A DNA stretch of 64,000 nucleotides from Candidatus Eiseniibacteriota bacterium. GTDB lineage: Bacteria; Eisenbacteria; RBG-16-71-46. The position numbers were made by a program, and so were the translations under genes. The notes under the pieces were generated by a model. That model did no database searches, had not been told where the DNA came from, and was given only the letters and a program-made list of their open reading frames with translations. The stretch lies in assembly GCA_963744995.1 (NCBI GenBank), contig CAVUWA010000010.1, positions 736,001 through 800,000 on the forward strand, given 5' to 3'. Shown piece after piece: positions 38,191 through 48,959 of the stretch (position 1 is its first letter; the number at the start of each line of letters is the position of its first letter).

Positions 38191-40683
38191 ATGCGCGCAC
38201 GCTCTGGCTCACCCACGGCTCCGATCTGCCTGTTCGTGACATGTGCTGCAGCCATGGCCGGGGGCCCTGCCGTCGCACACGCCGATGCGCTGTTCGAGAG
38301 CGCCTACGAAGCGTGGGCCGCAGGCAGCCACCCCACCGACGCCATCACGGCCGATTTCAACGGCGACGGCCACCTCGACATCGCCGTTACGAACTACACG
38401 AGCAGCAATGTGTCCATCCTGCTCGGTGACGGCGAGGGCGTATTCTCGACGCCGGCGAATTACACCGTCGGTTCCGGTCCCATGGCGCTCGCGGCCGGCG
38501 ACCTGAACGGGGACGGCCTGCCGGACGTCGTGGCGTCGAACTGGTTGAGTGCGTCCTTTTCCGTCATGTACGGAATCGGAGGCGGCATCCTCGGACCCCA
38601 TTACGATTTCGCGACCGGCGCCCTGCCCAGCGGCCTGAGCATCGGTGACCTCGATACGGATGGGCACCTCGATGTGGTGGTGCTCAGCCAGACCGACGAG
38701 ACCGCGTCGGTCTTTCTCGGCACGGGGGTCATGGGCGTGAGCGCGTTCCAGACCGCCGTGGCGTATCCGATCGGCAGCTATCCGATCGCGGCGGGAATCG
38801 CGGATCTGAACCACGACGGACATGTCGATCTGATCGTGACCAGCAACGGGGACGACGAGGTGTCGGTGCTGACCGGGATCGGCGACGGCACCTTCTCGCC
38901 GCGCGTCGTCTTCCCCGCGGGACATCATGCGGCACACCTCGCGATCGGGGACTTCGACGAGGACGGTGATCCCGACGTCGCGGTGGCGTGCAATTCGGGC
39001 CCCTCGGACAGCACGATCTCGATCCTGCTCGGTAACGGCGACGGGACGCTGGCCACGCCGTCCCGCTACCCGGGCGGGCCGAACCCCTGGGGCCTCGCGA
39101 CGGCGGACTTCGATGGCGACGGCCATCTGGACCTCGCCTCGACCAACCGTTCCTACGCTGTGGTTCGGAGCCTGTTCGGAGCCGGCGACGGCTCGTTCGG
39201 CCGAAGCAGCGAGCTGGCGACGCCGAGGGGCCCCGAGACGATCCTGGCGGGGGACGTCGATGAGGACGGCCGGCTCGACCTGATCACCCCCTGCAACGTG
39301 AGCTCCAACGTGGCCGTGCTGAGAGGACGCGGCAACGGCGCGTTCGGCACCTCGAACGAGATGGGATCCGGCGCCGGCGCCGCCGCCATGACGATCGCGG
39401 ACGCGAACGGCGACGGTGTACCCGATCTCGCGTTCGCCTACACGTCATCATACGGTTCGATCGTCGTACTGCCCGGCCACGGCGACGGGACCTACGGGGC
39501 GAGCCTCGTCAGTCAGCTGGGCCGCTACGCGACCTCGTTCACGCTCACGGACCTGAACGAGGACGGGATTCTCGACGCAGCGGCCGCAGTGAACGAGTAC
39601 CCCTACACCAACTCGATCTCGGTCGTGATCGGCCAGGGCGACGGGACGTTCGGCCCGCGCACGTTCTACGTGACCGGGCTCATGCCCATCTTCGTCGCCT
39701 CCGCGGACTTCGACGAGGACGGCCATCAGGATCTGGCCGTGGCCAACCGGGACGAGGTCTCCGTGACGATCCTGCTGGGAAACGGGGACGGCACGGTGAC
39801 GCTCCTCGGCAAGAATCGGGTGGGTTATTCGCCGCTGTGGATCGCGGTCGCGGACCTGAACGGAGACGGCCACTTGGACCTGGTGACGGCGAACTCGGCC
39901 GAAAACACCGTCTCGGTCCTGCTCGGGCACGGCGACGGCACGTTCGACTTCGCCGTGCCGTTCGTTACGGGAAACGATCCGCGCTCCGTCGTCGTCGGCG
40001 ACCTCGACGGCAACGGCGCGCCCGACCTCGCCGTGGCGAACGCCTCGAGCCAGACCATCTCGATCCTGCGCGGCAACGGCGACGGCACGTTCATGCAACA
40101 GGTGCAGTACGCCGGCGGGGCCGAGCCGCGCAGTCTCGCCATCGGCGACGCGAACGACGACGAGTGGCCCGACATCGTCGTCGGGGACTACGGCTCGAAC
40201 GATCTCGTGGTCCTGCTGGGCCAGGGCGGCGGCGCGTTCGCCGCCGACGGCCCGTACGCCACGGCGTACGGGGCGAGGGCCATCGTGTTCGCGGACGTGA
40301 CCGGCGACGGCCACGACGACGTCGTCGTCAGCGGCACCCTCGCGATGGTGCATCGCAACCTGCTCGGGGCCCTCGTGGCGGTGCCGGCGCCGGAGCCGCG
40401 GGGAACGCGGCTCGGGCTGCGTCTGTGGCCGAACCCTTCGGCCGGCTCGATGCGCGTGGGGTTCGCGCTGACCCGTCCCGGGCGCGCCTTGGTTCAGGTG
40501 TTCGATGTCACGGGGCGGCTGATCCGGACCCTCGCCGAGGCCGCCTTCGCCGCCGGGGACCATACGCTGGCATGGAGCGGCGACACGGACGCCGGCGGCA
40601 GGGCGGCGCCGGGGATCTATCGAGTCCGGCTCGTGACGCCCGAGGGAACGGTGACCTCCGGCCTGGTGCGCCTGCAGCCATAG
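38191..40683 (+). CDS. Secreted FG-GAP/VCBS repeat protein with FlgD/T9SS-like CTD
   Basis: More than a dozen DxNxDGxxD repeats with LLGxGDGTF; terminal WPNP...PGIYRVRL. Confidence 0.9.
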   Translation: MRARSGSPTAPICLFVTCAAAMAGGPAVAHADALFESAYEAWAAGSHPTDAITADFNGDGHLDIAVTNYTSSNVSILLGDGEGVFSTPANYTVGSGPMALAAGDLNGDGLPDVVASNWLSASFSVMYGIGGGILGPHYDFATGALPSGLSIGDLDTDGHLDVVVLSQTDETASVFLGTGVMGVSAFQTAVAYPIGSYPIAAGIADLNHDGHVDLIVTSNGDDEVSVLTGIGDGTFSPRVVFPAGHHAAHLAIGDFDEDGDPDVAVACNSGPSDSTISILLGNGDGTLATPSRYPGGPNPWGLATADFDGDGHLDLASTNRSYAVVRSLFGAGDGSFGRSSELATPRGPETILAGDVDEDGRLDLITPCNVSSNVAVLRGRGNGAFGTSNEMGSGAGAAAMTIADANGDGVPDLAFAYTSSYGSIVVLPGHGDGTYGASLVSQLGRYATSFTLTDLNEDGILDAAAAVNEYPYTNSISVVIGQGDGTFGPRTFYVTGLMPIFVASADFDEDGHQDLAVANRDEVSVTILLGNGDGTVTLLGKNRVGYSPLWIAVADLNGDGHLDLVTANSAENTVSVLLGHGDGTFDFAVPFVTGNDPRSVVVGDLDGNGAPDLAVANASSQTISILRGNGDGTFMQQVQYAGGAEPRSLAIGDANDDEWPDIVVGDYGSNDLVVLLGQGGGAFAADGPYATAYGARAIVFADVTGDGHDDVVVSGTLAMVHRNLLGALVAVPAPEPRGTRLGLRLWPNPSAGSMRVGFALTRPGRALVQVFDVTGRLIRTLAEAAFAAGDHTLAWSGDTDAGGRAAPGIYRVRLVTPEGTVTSGLVRLQP

Positions 40684-40745
40684 CATGCGGTCCGGCGCCC
40701 GCCCGTCCGGCGGCGGGGCGGCCGGGTCCGCGCCCGCGCGGGCCC

Positions 40746-41027
40746 TCAGTCCCCGGGCGGCTCGCCTTCCACGTCCGCGCCCTCTTCGAGCGGGGTCGAC
40801 AGCGGCGAGAGCAGCTCGCGCGCCTCGTCCGCACGCGCAGCCTCGACTATCACGACGGCGGGATTGATCCGTGGCGCGGCGCCGATCAGGTTCTGGGTCT
40901 TCATGTTGCGAATGTCGAAGACGATGCCGCTGTCCTGCAGGATCGAGTGGACGATCGGCAGCAGGGTCTCGTCGTAGACCGTCATGACCTCGACGAACGT
41001 CGCCTCGGTCTCGTGGTGCTCCTTCAT
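40746..41027 (-). CDS. Small protein, DUF2007-like putative signalling domain
   Basis: IVHSILQDSGI...IIVEAARADEARELL; GAGGAGG SD. Confidence 0.65.
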   Translation of the reverse strand: MKEHHETEATFVEVMTVYDETLLPIVHSILQDSGIVFDIRNMKTQNLIGAAPRINPAVVIVEAARADEARELLSPLSTPLEEGADVEGEPPGD

Positions 41028-41316
41028 CGTGCACCTCCTCCGGATCACGCCGGGCGGCGCGGGGAACGGCGGCATGGCGAATGCGGAGAGCATACGCCCC
41101 CGCGAGCGCGGGCGGCAGGCGGCCGCCGCCCGGCGGCGGCCCGCCCCGGGTGCTGCCCTGCCCGCCCTCTGGCAGCGGGCCGGGGCCCTCTGCTAGACTT
41201 TCAGCCCGCTTGCCTCCACGGTTCGACCCTGGCCTTCCCTCCTGTGATCCGCCGCCCACCGCCCATCCCGCGGGGTCGGGCACGCTTCGGGGGCCGGGCA
41301 GAAGGAGCGATGACGC

Positions 41317-42501
41317 GTGCCTGAAGTGTCGGTCGTGATGCCCTGCCTCAACGAAGAGCTGACGCTCCCGATCTGCATCCGCAAGGCCAACGAGACCATT
41401 CAGAAGCTCGGCCTCGACGCCGAAGTCGTCGTCGCCGACAACGGCTCGACCGACCGCTCGGTCGAGATCGCGGAGTCGCTCGGCGCGCGCGTCGTGCATC
41501 AGCCGCTCAAGGGCTACGGCAACGCCTACATGGCCGGGTTCAACGGCGCCCGCGGCAGGTACATCGTGATGGGCGACTCCGACGATTCCTACGACTTCAC
41601 CGACATCGGCCGTTTCATCGAGCCGCTGCGCCAGGGCTACGACTTCGTCATGGGCACGCGTCTCAAGGGGAAGATCGAACCGGGCGCGATGCCGTTCCTG
41701 CACCGCTGGCTCGGCAACCCGGTGCTGACGTTCATCTTGAACATGCTGTTCCGCACCGGGATCTCCGACTCCCACTGCGGCATGCGCGCGTTCACGAAGG
41801 ACGCCTACGAACGCATGCACCTGCGCACGACGGGGATGGAATTCGCTTCGGAGATGGTGATCAAGGCCTCCAAGGCCGGGCTCAGGATCACCGAGATCCC
41901 GATCACGCTGCACAAGGACAAGCGCGACCGCCCGCCGCACCTGCGCACCTGGCGCGACGGCTGGCGTCACCTGCGCTTCATGCTGATGTACAGCCCGGCC
42001 GGCACGTTCCTGGTGCCGGGGCTCGTGCTGTTCGCGCTCGGCGTCCTGATGCTCGCCGTGCTCTACCGCGGACCGATCCACGTCGGCGGCAGCATGATCG
42101 ACGTGCACACGATGATCCTCGGCAGCCTGCTGACGATCCTCGGCACGCAGGTGATCACCACCGGCCTGTTCGCCAAGGTCTATTCCTACGAGCGCCACTT
42201 CGACGCTCAGGATCCGCTGCTGCACGGGCTCGCGCGCGTCTTCAACCTCGAGCGCGGACTGATCCTCGGGCTGGTGCTGTTCGTCGTCGGTTTCGGCTTC
42301 GACCTGGCCGTGGCGCTCGAGTGGATCCGGTCCGGCTTCGGCCCGCTGCAGGCCGAGCGCCCCGCGATCCTCGGCGGCACGCTGATGGCGGTCGGCGCGC
42401 AGATCGTGTTCTCGAGCTTCTTCCTGAGCATGCTGTCGGTGCAGGTGGCGGAGCTCAAGAACGACGCCGCGGTGGCGGACACGGTCAGGCGCGCGTCGTA
42501 G
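41317..42501 (+). CDS. GT2 glycosyltransferase (polyprenol-phosphate glycosyltransferase-like) with C-terminal TM helices
   Basis: VVMPCLNEE, ADNGSTD, MGDSDDSY, HCGMRAF, GMEFASEM, RDGWRHL. Confidence 0.92.
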   Translation: MPEVSVVMPCLNEELTLPICIRKANETIQKLGLDAEVVVADNGSTDRSVEIAESLGARVVHQPLKGYGNAYMAGFNGARGRYIVMGDSDDSYDFTDIGRFIEPLRQGYDFVMGTRLKGKIEPGAMPFLHRWLGNPVLTFILNMLFRTGISDSHCGMRAFTKDAYERMHLRTTGMEFASEMVIKASKAGLRITEIPITLHKDKRDRPPHLRTWRDGWRHLRFMLMYSPAGTFLVPGLVLFALGVLMLAVLYRGPIHVGGSMIDVHTMILGSLLTILGTQVITTGLFAKVYSYERHFDAQDPLLHGLARVFNLERGLILGLVLFVVGFGFDLAVALEWIRSGFGPLQAERPAILGGTLMAVGAQIVFSSFFLSMLSVQVAELKNDAAVADTVRRAS

Positions 42502-42537
42502 CGGCGACCGCGGCGCGGCCCTGCGCGAAGCGGCCGA

Positions 42538-43455
42538 TCAGCCTCCCGGCGAGGGGCCGGCCCTGTGGGTCCAACCGAATTCAGCCGCCGTGACGCTCCC
42601 GATCCAGTACGGCCGTCGCACGCCGTCGATCGTCCACGCGACCTCGATGCGCGCGGGAATCCGCCAGCCGCCGCGCTCTCCCCACTCCAGCACGCGCGCG
42701 TCCCAGGGCGTCTTCACGAACTCGCCCTTCACCTCGCGCCATCGCGAATCCGTCGTCACCCGCTCGATCCGCCCGTCTGCAGTAAAACGGAAGTCCAGCG
42801 CAACGACCGTCGTTCCATCGCGCAGTGTGGCGCGCGCGGTCGAGTCGTCGATCGCCTGCCACGTCAGCCCGTTCCCCGGCCGCAGCCGGGTGGGAAACCA
42901 CATCGCCTCGGCGAGGTAGCGCTGTAGCGCTCCGGCGGCGATCTCCGGGGATCCGCCGACGTCCGCGACGGTAACGAGGCCGAGGATCGAAGCGAGGGTG
43001 CGGCCGGTGCCTTCCAGATACGCATCGCGCACCCGGATGCTCGCGCCGGGCGCCGCGCGGATTTCGGCGTCCCACACGAACCCGGGCGGGTAGGAACGGA
43101 ACCACTCCGTCGCGGTGAACGGCCGCCAGGTGTTCTCGCCCTCGCTGACCCGAAAGCGACCCTCCTGCTGCAGGCGCGCGCCGACGATGGCTTCCGGGGT
43201 CGTGGAGACGCCCCACTGGAACATGAAACGCCTCACCGGCGCGGGCAGCGTGTCGAGCGCCGCGGCGCCGGCCGGTATCGCGGGGCCGGGGGCCAGCAGA
43301 GGCCGGCGCCCACCGGGCACGGGCCCCGGAAACAACCTTGCGACGACGTCCTCCGTCGCGTTGCTCCAACTGCGTGCGGCGCGCCCCAGGGTCAGCGACC
43401 CCGCCAGCCCCACGACCGCGGCCAGCGCGCACGCGATCAGCAGAATGCGTCCCAT
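42538..43455 (-). CDS. Membrane-anchored conserved protein, DUF6544-like
   Basis: LPAPVRR, WRPFTATEWF..PPGFVWDA, RDAY..G.G, LQRYLAEAMWFP. Confidence 0.75.
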   Translation of the reverse strand: MGRILLIACALAAVVGLAGSLTLGRAARSWSNATEDVVARLFPGPVPGGRRPLLAPGPAIPAGAAALDTLPAPVRRFMFQWGVSTTPEAIVGARLQQEGRFRVSEGENTWRPFTATEWFRSYPPGFVWDAEIRAAPGASIRVRDAYLEGTGRTLASILGLVTVADVGGSPEIAAGALQRYLAEAMWFPTRLRPGNGLTWQAIDDSTARATLRDGTTVVALDFRFTADGRIERVTTDSRWREVKGEFVKTPWDARVLEWGERGGWRIPARIEVAWTIDGVRRPYWIGSVTAAEFGWTHRAGPSPGG

Positions 43456-43521
43456 CGTCCTTCAGTTCCCCGTACTTGGGGCCGATTCCGTGCATGAGGT
43501 AGGTTCGCGCCGAGGACACTC

Positions 43522-45159
<1,638 letters not shown>

Positions 45160-45163
45160 GGAA

Positions 45164-47140
45164 TCAGCGCGTGATCACGCCCCGCGCGTGCAGCACCTGT
45201 TCGTCGTGCGTGAGCCGGATCAGATAGACCCCCGCGCGCAGCCGCTGCGCCGGCTCAATCGCCAGCGTGTGGCGCCCGGCGCCGAGATCGCTCAGATCGC
45301 GCCGGAACACCCGCCGGCCCGCCACGTCCAGCACCTCCAGCCGCCCGCGGCCCGCCGCCGGCAGCGTGAACGCCACTACCGCCTCGCGCACCGAAGGGTT
45401 CGGCGTGAACCCTTCGAGCGTGAGCACCGGCCGCAGCGGCACCTCGACCGTGCTCTCCGCCGTGTGCTGCGCCGCGCCGCCCTCGAGCCAGGTGAGCCGG
45501 TACCCGTAACGCTCGCCCGGCGTCACCGTGTCGTCCTCGTAGCGCAGCCGGTCGGCGCTCAGGCTCTCAGCGTCGCCGATCTGCTCCCACACACCCGCCG
45601 CGCCGCGCCGCTCGACCTGCGCCGCCAGCGCGCCCGCCCCTGCGCCCTGCCAGATCAGCACCACCCGGTCCGGCTCCGCCTCGGCGCTCGCCAGCGCAAG
45701 CTCGGTCGCCGTCGTCCCGTCCCAGGCCGCCTCGCCGCTCAGCCACTGGTAGCGCGTGTCCACGCACTCGCGCCGGATCCGGTAGCGGATCTCCTCCGCG
45801 GGCGGCGACGTGTCGGTCCACGACATCGCCAGCGCGTCTGCGGCGCGCACGCGGCCCACTTGCTGGTATGGTCCGCCGTCGCGCGAAGCCAGCACCGCCC
45901 ACCACGTCTCCGGCGCCAGCTCGGAGAGCGTCCAGTGCACCGTGCGGTCGGTGGCGGTGGTGCTGAGCGTCGGCGTCGAAGTCTCGGCGATCGTGAAGGT
46001 GTGGGCGAAGAACATGCCCTCCGTGAAAGTGGCCCATGCGACCCAGGCGTCGCCGTTGCGGTCGCGCGCGATCACGGGATTTCCTCCCTCGTCCGAGTCG
46101 GCGAGGTTGTCCGCCACCGTGAATCCGTTGTCCGTCGGCACGCATGCGCAGATCGTCTCCACCCCGGTGTTGGTCGAAAACGCACTCCAGGCTATTGCTG
46201 GATACGGATACTGGTCCCGACTCACATCCGTCCAATCTGAGAGGTACTGCTCAGCCCGCGCGTACGCGCACCTGATCGTGTCAACTAGTGCCCAAGCCCC
46301 GTTGGAGTACCGAGCCGTCTCAACATAGGCACGTTTGTTGCCCCATCCCGCCCAGAAGCCGCCATCTGCATTCTCGCGCATGCGAACGGCCAGGCCGCCC
46401 GGATCCGGCGTGATCGGTGGAGCGCCCTCTTCCCACACGGTCCCGCGCATGTACCCCCAGCGCGTGCCCGCGCCGACATGGCTCCACTGGAACACGACCA
46501 GCACGGTGGTGTCGTCTACCGCCCCCATCGCGATCCCGTCCGCGCCAACCGCCGGTATGACCAACTCCGTCCACTCTCCGGGCGCCTCGGATCTCCACAA
46601 ATGCAACTCGCTGAAATCCGGCTTGACGGCCCACCGACGAGAACCACGGCTCGCGCCGGCATATCGCACCGATGACAACATCGGCACGATCGCGATCGTG
46701 TCCGGCATGCCGACACCGCCATCCTGCGCGTCAGCCATGACCAGCGCACGCAGGTCCCCATTGGGCCCGAGCGGGTCAAGGGTCTGCCAGATCAGCCCGT
46801 AGTCGCCTGCATCGTCTCCAAGCACCGGAAGGGCGTAGAACACGCCATAGCCCAGATCCCATTCGAGCGTCCACAGCGAATCGGCCCAGGTGAGCCCCAT
46901 CAGATCGCGCGCGGAACCGCCGATCCCGGAGGCCACCACTCGAGGTTCACCGGCTGCGTCAAGCTGGATCACGTCAGGCCGCAGGCGCGGGTGTGCAGCC
47001 ATCCGGAATGACTCCGTCGGGCTCCACATACGTCCTGGCGTCACCGCCGCGCTGTCAGCAGGCGCGAGCAGGCACGTCGTGAAAAGGGCAGCGAGCGCCG
47101 CACGCCAGCGCTCGTGCCCGGCTGGAGATGGAGTGCCCAT
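45164..47140 (-). CDS. Secreted hypothetical protein with Ig-like domains and FlgD/T9SS-like CTD
   Basis: Signal peptide (AALAALFTTCLLAPADSAA), Trp-rich beta-type N-terminal region, terminal FTPNP...AGVYLIRL. Confidence 0.82.
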   Translation of the reverse strand: MGTPSPAGHERWRAALAALFTTCLLAPADSAAVTPGRMWSPTESFRMAAHPRLRPDVIQLDAAGEPRVVASGIGGSARDLMGLTWADSLWTLEWDLGYGVFYALPVLGDDAGDYGLIWQTLDPLGPNGDLRALVMADAQDGGVGMPDTIAIVPMLSSVRYAGASRGSRRWAVKPDFSELHLWRSEAPGEWTELVIPAVGADGIAMGAVDDTTVLVVFQWSHVGAGTRWGYMRGTVWEEGAPPITPDPGGLAVRMRENADGGFWAGWGNKRAYVETARYSNGAWALVDTIRCAYARAEQYLSDWTDVSRDQYPYPAIAWSAFSTNTGVETICACVPTDNGFTVADNLADSDEGGNPVIARDRNGDAWVAWATFTEGMFFAHTFTIAETSTPTLSTTATDRTVHWTLSELAPETWWAVLASRDGGPYQQVGRVRAADALAMSWTDTSPPAEEIRYRIRRECVDTRYQWLSGEAAWDGTTATELALASAEAEPDRVVLIWQGAGAGALAAQVERRGAAGVWEQIGDAESLSADRLRYEDDTVTPGERYGYRLTWLEGGAAQHTAESTVEVPLRPVLTLEGFTPNPSVREAVVAFTLPAAGRGRLEVLDVAGRRVFRRDLSDLGAGRHTLAIEPAQRLRAGVYLIRLTHDEQVLHARGVITR

Positions 47141-47205
47141 GTCGGGGAACGCCCCTTAACGATGCATGGATGACCTGCTGGGAATACCGGATTTTACTTG
47201 ACGCA

Positions 47206-47217
47206 CCCCCCCCCCCC
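47206..47217. repeat. C12 homopolymer in the divergent intergenic region
   Basis: Twelve C directly downstream of TTGACG (47198-47203). Confidence 0.8.
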
Positions 47218-47363
47218 TCAAGAGATACCTTGTTTCGTGCTAGACAGCCTCGTTGGGAAGGGCCGCTATCCTACCAACACCCATCGAGACCTCCTCCGAC
47301 GACGACTGCCGCACCTCCCGCGCAACTGCGCGGCGGTTTGGTTCGAAAACCGGAGGTGTGCCC

Positions 47364-48848
47364 ATGTTCCCGTCTACCCGGCAGGCTGTCGCCGCGCTCG
47401 TGCTCCTCTCGCTCTACCCGGCCACCGCGCTCGCTGGACCGCTGGTGTGCGGCACCAAGCAAGCGCAGGAGACAGAAGCCACCGCCGCGAAGTTCTATCC
47501 GTATCGATCCGGAGTGCGGGACCAGGACCTCAGGTTCCGCGACCTCGAATTTCTCTGGGATTCGCTCTACGCTACGGTTGGAATTACGGATAGTGTCCGA
47601 CTCACCCTCGACAATTTCGCGGCTACGCTGGACGTTCTCCAAAGCCACAATCCCCTCGGCATCCCCACCTCCGAATTCCAGCTCGTCTACGACTACTTCC
47701 GTACCGAGGACCATCCTTACTCCAACAACGCCACGAACTTCTCTGCCGTCGTAATCGGGCGCGGTACGGGGATCGAGAACTACGCCTCCGAAGATCGTTC
47801 TCACTCCGACGTCTACATCTGGAATCCAACGCGGGACGTGAGGAATGGCGGATCCTTCGTCGGAGGAGAATTCCCGTCTCCATTCACGAGTGACGAGGAG
47901 GACGTCAGCACGGGCCATAGCGTCGGGGACATCAAGCCCCTGAACGCCCTTGGCATCAAGGGGCCGGCATCCTCACAGATGCTCGACGTCAACGGCACGG
48001 GTTGGACTCGCCCGGATGCGGGCTACGCACGGGGCTTCGCGCACGAATTCCAGCACTCCCTGCCGCAGTCATCGGCAGGCATGTACGGCGAGATGTTCTC
48101 CGCAGGCGCCGAGATTTTGAGCGGCTACCACGACACCAGCGGCAGCTTCGATCTCCCCTACACCGTGTCCACGTTTGGAGCTGATGGCGCGTGCCACTCC
48201 AATTGCTCTGAGATCTGCGGGAAGGTACGGGTGCTGCTCGACAACTACACTCAGCGGACGGCCTTCATGGCGTACCTGGCGTACAACTTCCGCGGGGCCA
48301 ACACTTCAGCAACCCTCTCTGCTTCGGAAGACGATCTGATGCGCCGGTGGTCCTACGGCGACCGCACCCTGCGAGGCTTGCGGGGGCTGCTGAACGACAC
48401 CGACTGCGGCGATTGCCCAAACTTCTTCGGCGCCTCACTCGACGGGCGCGACCGCCTATCACTCCTGCATCACAACTTCCGCGTGGCCAGCTACGTGAAC
48501 AATACGATGATCGGCGAGGGGCAATACGGCTTCCCGGCGCAGTGGATGCGGCGCCTGATCGAGGTGCGCAAGACCAGCGCCGCGTTCAGCAGCGGCGACA
48601 TCACGTTCCTGAAACCCGCCAACCACCGCGTGCTCGCCTACGTGCGTACGCTCGGCGAGGAGAGCATCCTGATCGTCAACAACCTCTCCGCGACCGCCCA
48701 GGCGGTGGAGCTCGACATGTCGGCCTGGGAGGGCGCGATCCCGGTCGAGATGTTCGGCGGCAGCATCTTCCCGCGCATCGGCGAGCTGCCCTACATGCTC
48801 ACGCTCTCGCCGTACGACTTCTTCTGGTTCCGGCTGAGGTGGCTGTAG
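47364..48848 (+). CDS. Chimeric ORF: exported HExxH metallopeptidase-like N-terminus (392 aa) fused in frame to the last 102 aa of TreS; may be a truncated gene
   Basis: GGAGG SD, signal peptide, CGT, AHEFQH (48042-48056 for HEFQH) then GEMFS; from QWMRRL on it is identical to TreS. Confidence 0.75.
   Translation: MFPSTRQAVAALVLLSLYPATALAGPLVCGTKQAQETEATAAKFYPYRSGVRDQDLRFRDLEFLWDSLYATVGITDSVRLTLDNFAATLDVLQSHNPLGIPTSEFQLVYDYFRTEDHPYSNNATNFSAVVIGRGTGIENYASEDRSHSDVYIWNPTRDVRNGGSFVGGEFPSPFTSDEEDVSTGHSVGDIKPLNALGIKGPASSQMLDVNGTGWTRPDAGYARGFAHEFQHSLPQSSAGMYGEMFSAGAEILSGYHDTSGSFDLPYTVSTFGADGACHSNCSEICGKVRVLLDNYTQRTAFMAYLAYNFRGANTSATLSASEDDLMRRWSYGDRTLRGLRGLLNDTDCGDCPNFFGASLDGRDRLSLLHHNFRVASYVNNTMIGEGQYGFPAQWMRRLIEVRKTSAAFSSGDITFLKPANHRVLAYVRTLGEESILIVNNLSATAQAVELDMSAWEGAIPVEMFGGSIFPRIGELPYMLTLSPYDFFWFRLRWL
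48540..48848 (+). repeat. 309-bp direct repeat, copy 2 (treS 3' end)
   Basis: Starts CAGTGGATG and ends exactly at the TAG stop. Confidence 0.97.
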
Positions 48849-48959
48849 CTCCGGCGGGAGAGCGTCCGCAGGCGGAGCGCCATCGTTGCACCGCACATCG
48901 CCTTCACCCCGCTGCTCCGACCGGCTTGGCCTGCCGCCCACTTCTGGTAGCGTAGCGGC

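Larger units (their letters stand above)
45160..48539. other. 3.38-kb inserted segment between treS direct repeats (no mobility gene)
   Basis: Flanked by the 309-bp repeats; largely lower GC with atypical codons; interrupts the treS-GT2-mak cluster. Confidence 0.75.

Noticed and set aside
38300..40340. Regularly spaced repeats
   Set aside because: Degenerate protein-level FG-GAP repeats in one ORF, not CRISPR.
45160..48539. Insert as an IS, prophage or integron cassette
   Set aside because: No transposase or integrase, terminal inverted repeats, attC or phage genes seen; the 309-bp repeat is far longer than a target-site duplication.
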